Source: Phototrophicaceae bacterium (GTDB lineage: Bacteria > Chloroflexota > Anaerolineae > Aggregatilineales > Phototrophicaceae). From it: a DNA stretch of 32,000 nucleotides. Under the pieces are notes generated by a model. The model ran no database searches, was not told the DNA's origin, and was given only the letters and a program-made list of their open reading frames with translations. The stretch is taken from NCBI GenBank assembly GCA_965232245.1, contig CBDDPG010000002.1, positions 1,946,386-1,978,385 on the forward strand, read 5' to 3'. Positions 27,357-32,000 of this stretch are shown here, one piece after another. How positions within the stretch are numbered: the stretch's first letter is position 1; each line of letters starts with the position of its first letter. The translations under genes and the position numbers were made by a program.

Positions 27357-28658
27357 TTAGACTTCGTACAAATAGTCCTTCAGAATCACGTGCGCCGACG
27401 ACTGACGCAGGCGGTTGAGGGCTTGCGCTTCCAACTGGCGAACGCGTTCCCGCGTGACGCCTATCGTCTGGCCCACTTCCTCCAGCGTGTAGACGCGGCC
27501 GTCGGCAAGTCCATAGCGCAGGCGCAGAATCTGCGCTTCGCGCGGCGGCAGCTTGTCGAGCGCCTGCTGCAACTGGACATGCAGCAAGTGCGTCGCGACT
27601 TCGTCGGAAGGCGCCGGGCTATTAATGTCTTCTACGAAATCGCCAAAGGTCGAGTCGCCTTCGTCGTCGATGGGCGTTTCCAAACTGACCGGCCGCCGAG
27701 AAATCTCCAGCAAGTTTTCCACTTTGTCCGGCGTGGTTTCCATGCCTAGCGCCAACTCGTCAATCTTAGGTTCGCGCCCCAGTTCTTGCAACAACTGCAA
27801 CTGAACGCGGCGCATGCGATTCAACTGATCGCCCATGTGAACGGGCACGCGAATGGTGCGCCCCTGATCGGCGACGGCGCGGCTGACCGCTTGGCGGATC
27901 CACCAGGTAGCGTAGGTGCTGAACTTGTGACCACGCTGGTATTCGAATTTGTTGGTTGCGCGGATCAAACCAATGTTGCCTTCTTGGATGAGATCAAGGA
28001 AAGGCACGCCGCGCCCGATATACTTCTTGGCAACACTGATCACCAGGCGCGCGTTTGCGCGAATCAAGTGCTCCTGCGCCTTTTCGCCGTCGAAAACGAT
28101 GCCGCGCAGTTGTTGCTCTTCGCTCCAGGTCAATTCATCGGCGCGCAGCGCGGCGGCATTTTCCAGTCGCTCGTTTGCGAACACCGCCGCTTCCATACGC
28201 TTGGCGAGCATCACTTCTTCATTGGCGGTCAAAAGCGGCACACGACCCGCTTCTTTGAGGTACAAGCCAACGACATCGTCGGTATCAAGCGCCGCTTGAT
28301 AGCCGGCGTCGCTCGTCAGGTCCTTTTTCAGGACCCTGAGCAGAGCATCGCGCTCGGCTTGATCTTCGTCGTCCGTTTCCGCGATTAGCGGATCGCCGTG
28401 CGGCTTCTGCTCTTTAGCGTCGTCGCTGTCTTCCTCCGCGCTTTTCGCGGTTGCCGGAACAACCTCAATTCCCGCTTCCAGCAGGCTGTCCATGAGATCA
28501 TCGAGAAGCGCGACATCAGATTCAACATCTGGCAGCAACTCCAATATGTCGCTGTAGGTGACAAAACCTTGCTTGCTGGCTTTGCCTACAAGCTGTTTGT
28601 GGACCTCTTCTCGCTGACTGATATTTGTAACGTTGTCCAGAACTGCAACCACGGACAA
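27357..28658 (-). CDS. rpoD: Primary RNA polymerase sigma factor (sigma-70 / SigA)
   Basis: 433 aa with an acidic region 1, region 2 (YATWWIRQAV), region 3 and region 4.2 (TLEEVGQTIGVTRERVRQLEAQAL). The apparent start is TTG, with GAAAGG upstream. Confidence 0.9.
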   Translation of the reverse strand: MSVVAVLDNVTNISQREEVHKQLVGKASKQGFVTYSDILELLPDVESDVALLDDLMDSLLEAGIEVVPATAKSAEEDSDDAKEQKPHGDPLIAETDDEDQAERDALLRVLKKDLTSDAGYQAALDTDDVVGLYLKEAGRVPLLTANEEVMLAKRMEAAVFANERLENAAALRADELTWSEEQQLRGIVFDGEKAQEHLIRANARLVISVAKKYIGRGVPFLDLIQEGNIGLIRATNKFEYQRGHKFSTYATWWIRQAVSRAVADQGRTIRVPVHMGDQLNRMRRVQLQLLQELGREPKIDELALGMETTPDKVENLLEISRRPVSLETPIDDEGDSTFGDFVEDINSPAPSDEVATHLLHVQLQQALDKLPPREAQILRLRYGLADGRVYTLEEVGQTIGVTRERVRQLEAQALNRLRQSSAHVILKDYLYEV

Positions 28659-28961
28659 GCCTTTCTGCTAAACCGCTCTAATATAGAGCCTTGCCAACAA
28701 TAACCGCTATAAAAACAATTATAATCCATCCTGTATATTGCCAGACAACTAGAACCAGGCGCCTGGGGCGCAAATCTATTTTACTGGATCATTCGCCGGG
28801 TCGAAGATTAATCGTTCAAAAAAATCTCAGGGATTCTCTGCAACGTCCAACTGCCGACTCGGAAATTATACAATTGCCTTCACGCATTTGCTCACTCAGC
28901 CAAGCAATGACCGTTATACGCTTTCCCTACTCGCTAATGCTACTCGGCAGTCCAATAGTGC

Positions 28962-28990
28962 AATTTAACCCCAATTTGATTTCTTGTCAA
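28962..28990 (-). promoter_or_regulatory. Candidate sigma-70 promoter for rpoD (implies a leader of about 300 nt)
   Basis: The minus strand reads TTGACA (28990-28985), a 17-nt spacer, then TAAATT (28967-28962). The -35 is embedded in the inverted repeat ttgtca-N9-tgacaa. Confidence 0.4.
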
Positions 28991-29152
28991 GTTTTTCGTG
29001 ACAATTTCTTCATTCGAGTTGTTTTGAGTGCTTTTGCATGCGCATAGCAGTCATTTTTCGCACTCATTTTAGTTGCGGGCAGTCGCTCTCGTCATACCTC
29101 TCCGCGGATAACGCCGGCGCAAGAGTTGTGTTAAACTGGGACAAATGCCGAA

Positions 29153-29659
29153 TTGGCTTTGACGTATAGTAGGCGACTTGTGTTTGGATTCGTCCCATCG
29201 CTCTATCCGCGTTCGCTCAGCGTGTTGATAGCTTCGGCGGCGCTCTTGCCGATATCGCTTGCGGTCCTAATTGCCGCTTCCGCCCTGCAAATGATCGGCG
29301 TCGCCTACAATATACCACAACTGGTTTACGCAACCGAACTGATAGCGCAGTCTTCTTGGATCTTGCTGGGTTCCGCTATCGCAATTGCTGGCGGCATTTC
29401 AGTTGCGAGCCTCATAAGCAAGGCGCTTGGCGCAAGCGAATGGATCATCCGTCCCAAGGTCAAGAACAGCGAAGTTGACGCTCGCGCTTGCGAAAACGCA
29501 ACTGTTATGCCTTTGCTGGGATCATTGTCAAGAAGGGAGCGGAATCTGCTCGGGCAGCGTCTGGCGGAATCTCGTTTAGCTATCCGCCACGACGGTGTGC
29601 TCATCGCGCGCGAACAAGCCGACATGATGCGGAAGATAGAAGAATTCATTCTGCTATGA
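29153..29659 (+). CDS. Hypothetical membrane protein
   Basis: 168-aa ORF starting at TTG (an in-frame ATG is at 29291). It has two or three hydrophobic helices then a charged C-terminal region. Codon style resembles its neighbours. I recognise no family. Confidence 0.4.
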   Translation: MALTYSRRLVFGFVPSLYPRSLSVLIASAALLPISLAVLIAASALQMIGVAYNIPQLVYATELIAQSSWILLGSAIAIAGGISVASLISKALGASEWIIRPKVKNSEVDARACENATVMPLLGSLSRRERNLLGQRLAESRLAIRHDGVLIAREQADMMRKIEEFILL

Positions 29660-29778
29660 CGCGCGACATTCGCATTTGCCGCAAACCGCCGCGCTTACTC
29701 TAAAATATATGGTGTTTCGCCATCTTGGTGCAACATGCACAAGCAAGCTGAAAAAGTGCATAATTCTATCGCCCTGTG

Positions 29779-29807
29779 TTGACGGGCGGCAAAAGCTTCT
29801 TTAGAAT
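29779..29807 (+). promoter_or_regulatory. Candidate sigma-70 promoter of the argC leader
   Basis: TTGACG (29779-29784), an exact 17-nt spacer, then TAGAAT (29802-29807). The predicted TSS near 29814 is about 213 nt upstream of the argC ATG. Confidence 0.5.
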
Positions 29808-29855
29808 GCCTTTCGTTTGAACTTGGGTCGCACTTGGAATGGAGCAGGCATAAAC

Positions 29856-29945
29856 GTGAAAGACTATCCGCAAATGAACCCGCGTACTAGGCGCAGGCGC
29901 GCAATTGCGCCGATAGAGTTCAGTGTGGACCTTTCGCATTCCTGA
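29856..29945 (+). CDS. Candidate arginine-codon-rich leader peptide (VKDYPQ)MNPRTRRRRAIAPIEFSVDLSHS
   Basis: The small ORF starts at GTG 29856 (GGAG 11 nt upstream) or in-frame ATG 29874 and stops at TGA 29943-29945. Codons 29883-29900 are CGT ACT AGG CGC AGG CGC, 5 Arg of 6. It lies between the promoter and terminator upstream of argC. Confidence 0.35.
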   Translation: MKDYPQMNPRTRRRRAIAPIEFSVDLSHS

Positions 29946-29976
29946 TGCCCTGCGTCGATTAATCGTTGAAAGCACA

Positions 29977-30008
29977 CCCTGATCTCGAAATGACGGTCAG
30001 GGTTTTTT
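29977..30008 (+). terminator. Candidate intrinsic terminator / attenuator immediately upstream of argC
   Basis: CCCTGATC (29977-29984) pairs with GGTCAGGG (29995-30002), giving 8 bp including one G-U and a 10-nt loop. TTTTTT follows at 30003-30008, and the argC ATG is at 30027. Confidence 0.5.
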
Positions 30009-30026
30009 GTTTGCGAGGTATTTGCC

Positions 30027-31028
30027 ATGTCTAGAATACGAGCTGGCGTTTTTGGCGGATCTGGTTACGCCGGTCTGGATCTTCTCGAGCTGCTGAATCA
30101 TCATCCGCAGGTAGAGCTTGCCTTCGCCACCTCCAATACTTATGTTGGGGAGGCTGTCCCGGGAACCGATCTGACATTTGTGAGGCCGGGCTCGGCTGCG
30201 CTTGATGACGTCGATGTGATATTCTTGGCGCTTCCTCACAAAGCCTCCGCCGAGGCAGCCCGCCGTGGCTTGGACGCCGGGCTCAAGGTTGTCGATCTGT
30301 CGGCTGACCTGCGCCTTGATACGGCTGAGAGCTATGAAAAGGATTATGGGATACCGCACCCGCATCCGGAATTGCTGCCAACGCCCTACGGCTTGCCCGA
30401 GATCAACCGCGCCAATATCATCGATCAAGATTTGATCGCGACGCCGGGTTGCTACCCAACGACAACTTTGCTCGGGTTATTTCCCTTATTGACTTGCGGC
30501 GCAATACGTCATGGCGCGCCCATCATCGTCGACGCCAAATCGGGCGTGACGGGCGCGGGGCGCAAGCCCTCACTCAGCACGCATTTTGCCGAAGTCTACG
30601 GCAACCTGCTGCCTTATAAGACGGGCCGCTCCCATCGCCACGTCGGCGAAATGGAGCAAGAGGCGCTCAAACTGGACGGGGAAATTGGTCCTATCATCTT
30701 TTGCCCGCATTTGCTGCCGGTGGATCGCGGGCTGATGTCCAGCATTTACCTAACGCTCGACGACTCGCTTTCTAGCGAGGGGGCGCATGATCTCTTCCGC
30801 GAAGTTTATGCGAACGAGCCTTTGGTGGATCTGCTGCCGCTCGGCGAACAAGCCAGCCTGAAGGACGCGGTAAAGACCAACAAATGCGTTATCAGCATCA
30901 CGCCGGTCTTGCGGCAGTATCTGCACGTCGCCAGCGTCACGGACAATCTGCGCAAAGGCGCCGCCAGCCAGGCTGTGCAAAACATGAATCTGATGTTCGG
31001 GATTGATGAAACGCTTGGGTTAATCTAA
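30027..31028 (+). CDS. argC: N-acetyl-gamma-glutamyl-phosphate reductase
   Basis: 333 aa with GGSGYAG Rossmann N-terminus, catalytic Cys in ATPGCYPTT, and C-terminal DNLRKGAASQAVQNMN. Confidence 0.9.
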   Translation: MSRIRAGVFGGSGYAGLDLLELLNHHPQVELAFATSNTYVGEAVPGTDLTFVRPGSAALDDVDVIFLALPHKASAEAARRGLDAGLKVVDLSADLRLDTAESYEKDYGIPHPHPELLPTPYGLPEINRANIIDQDLIATPGCYPTTTLLGLFPLLTCGAIRHGAPIIVDAKSGVTGAGRKPSLSTHFAEVYGNLLPYKTGRSHRHVGEMEQEALKLDGEIGPIIFCPHLLPVDRGLMSSIYLTLDDSLSSEGAHDLFREVYANEPLVDLLPLGEQASLKDAVKTNKCVISITPVLRQYLHVASVTDNLRKGAASQAVQNMNLMFGIDETLGLI

Positions 31029-31777
31029 TGAGCGGCGCTATTTCCTTAATCAAGATCTCCGGGCATTATCTGGATGATGAAACCTTGCTGCGGCGCTTTG
31101 CGGAGGCTGTCGCCGAGCGCGAGGAGCCATTGGTCATCGTGCATGGCGGCGGCATCGAGATCACGCGCTTGCAGGAACGCCTGAATATAGAACCAACTTA
31201 TGTGGACGGGCTGCGGGTTACGGACGCCCAGTCCCTGTCGCTGGTGGAAATGGTGCTCTGCGGCAGCGTCAACAAGCGCCTGGTCAGGCATTTGCTCAAC
31301 GCCGGCGTTGACGCGCAGGGCTTGTCGGGCGTTGATCGTGGTCTGGTGCGCGCCCGGCAAATGCGGCACGAGTCTGTGGATATGCAGTATACCGGCTCTG
31401 TCGAGTCCGTGCGGGGCGAAGTCCTGTTTCAATTGCTAGACCTGGGCGTGACGCCTGTGATTGCGCCGGTCAGCGCCGGTACGGACAGCAACTTCAATCT
31501 GAATGCGGATACGGTCTCTGGGGCGCTGGCGACGGCGCTCGGGGCGGGAAGCGTCGTTTTCATTTCCAATGTCTCCGGCGTTTTAGTGGATAAGGCGCTG
31601 GTCGAGAGACTAAGCGAAGCCGAAGCGCGAGATTTGATCGCCAACGGGACCATCTACGGCGGCATGATACCAAAAGTCAAATCGGCGCTGGATGTGCTAT
31701 CATCGGGACTGCCCAAAGCCATTATCACGGATTTGGAAGGTTGGGCGCGCGGAGCGGGAACGACATTTGTACAATAG
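31028..31777 (+). CDS. argB: Acetylglutamate kinase
   Basis: 249 aa amino-acid kinase fold with LVIVHGGG, NADTVSGALA and GGMIPKV motifs. The start overlaps the argC stop (TAATG). Confidence 0.9.
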   Translation: MSGAISLIKISGHYLDDETLLRRFAEAVAEREEPLVIVHGGGIEITRLQERLNIEPTYVDGLRVTDAQSLSLVEMVLCGSVNKRLVRHLLNAGVDAQGLSGVDRGLVRARQMRHESVDMQYTGSVESVRGEVLFQLLDLGVTPVIAPVSAGTDSNFNLNADTVSGALATALGAGSVVFISNVSGVLVDKALVERLSEAEARDLIANGTIYGGMIPKVKSALDVLSSGLPKAIITDLEGWARGAGTTFVQ

Positions 31778-31807
31778 CTATTATCAAGTTCGATACAGAG
31801 GGATGAC

Positions 31808-32000
31808 ATGACTCTACAAAGCGAAGTGATTCAGAAAGATCAAGCGTATAGCGTGCCGGTCGCGGCGCGTCCGGATTTTGTATTGGCGCGGGGCGAAGGC
31901 GTCACGGTCTACGATACAGAAGGCAAAGCCTATACGGACTGGGTGGCTGGCATCGCGGTGAACGCCTTGGGTTATGGCGACGAAGAGCTGACGGCGGTTG
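31808..32000 (+). CDS. argD: Acetylornithine aminotransferase (class III PLP aminotransferase), 5' part running off the window
   Basis: Open frame from ATG 31808 to the window end: MTLQSEVIQKDQAYSVPVAARPDFVLARGEGVTVYDTEGKAYTDWVAGIAVNALGYGDEEL. This is a typical ArgD N-terminus and it follows argB. Confidence 0.75.
   Translation, partial: MTLQSEVIQKDQAYSVPVAARPDFVLARGEGVTVYDTEGKAYTDWVAGIAVNALGYGDEELTAV

Noticed and set aside
27786-28388. 200-aa ORF antisense to rpoD
   Set aside because: Shadow ORF opposite a clear primary sigma factor.
28806-28816. 11-mer gattaatcgtt shared between the rpoD upstream region and the argC leader (29957-29967)
   Set aside because: Roughly a hundred chance 11-mer repeats are expected in 32 kb, and the flanks do not extend the match.
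28691-29047. 118-aa + strand ORF in the rpoD upstream region
   Set aside because: It has a non-ATG start, odd composition, no motifs and no Shine-Dalgarno. It lies in an AT-richer region better explained as the rpoD promoter and leader.
29640-29790. Search for ArgR/AhrC ARG boxes (TGAAT-AT-rich-ATTCA) upstream of argC
   Set aside because: Only weak half-site-like strings are present (for example tgcataattcta and agaattcattct). There is no convincing 18-bp palindrome pair.
29766-29975. 69-aa minus-strand ORF overlapping the argC leader
   Set aside because: No ribosome-binding site and no family resemblance. It would run antisense through a promoter-terminator unit that points toward argC.
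29814-30008. T-box riboswitch as an alternative explanation of the argC leader
   Set aside because: The conserved T-box sequence (GGUGGNACCGCG) is absent; the nearest match, gtgtggacc, is one base short. I could not find a stem I specifier loop, GA motif or AG bay. A cmscan would be needed to exclude it formally.
1-32000. Scan for CRISPR arrays, tRNA/rRNA genes, transposases, integrases, reverse transcriptases and toxin-antitoxin or defence genes
   Set aside because: I recognised none by eye in the intergenic regions or the ORF translations. A proper tRNAscan, cmscan or HMM search was not possible here.

Overview
This window looks like ordinary core chromosome from a moderately GC-rich bacterium. 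The gene content (long-form Ddl, TIGR03960/TIGR03936 radical-SAM pair, DinB, secreted WD40-like protein, 'LRHY...' sigma-region-4-like domain) suggests Chloroflexota, but that is inference only. All family calls come from motifs read by eye in the supplied translations; no searches were run. I support about 31 protein genes: a tightly coupled amino-sugar/MurNAc recycling operon (serine hydrolase, BadF-type sugar kinase, murQ, nagA), a crotonase, fabD, rpmF, an APH-like kinase, plsC-like, rluB-like, a processive GT2, ddl, a MurF-like ligase with a membrane N-terminus, an alpha/beta hydrolase, a B12/radical-SAM protein and its separated DUF2344 partner, a WD40-like exported protein, DinB, a frameshifted psuG, two small membrane proteins plus an SRAP peptidase, ftsK, a polytopic membrane protein ending in a sigma-r4-like HTH, a GNAT, rpoD/sigA, a hypothetical membrane protein, and argC-argB-argD(5' part). 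I saw no rRNA, tRNA, CRISPR array, transposase, integrase or recognisable defence or toxin genes. I found no convincing multi-gene novel system. The best candidate for something undescribed is a promoter / Arg-codon-rich leader ORF / alternative-hairpin / terminator arrangement immediately upstream of argC, a possible arginine leader-peptide attenuator. Secondary items are the membrane-anchored MurF-like ligase, the membrane-tethered HTH protein downstream of rpoD, a roughly 255-bp nested inverted-repeat element next to the rpmF promoter, and the psuG frameshift.
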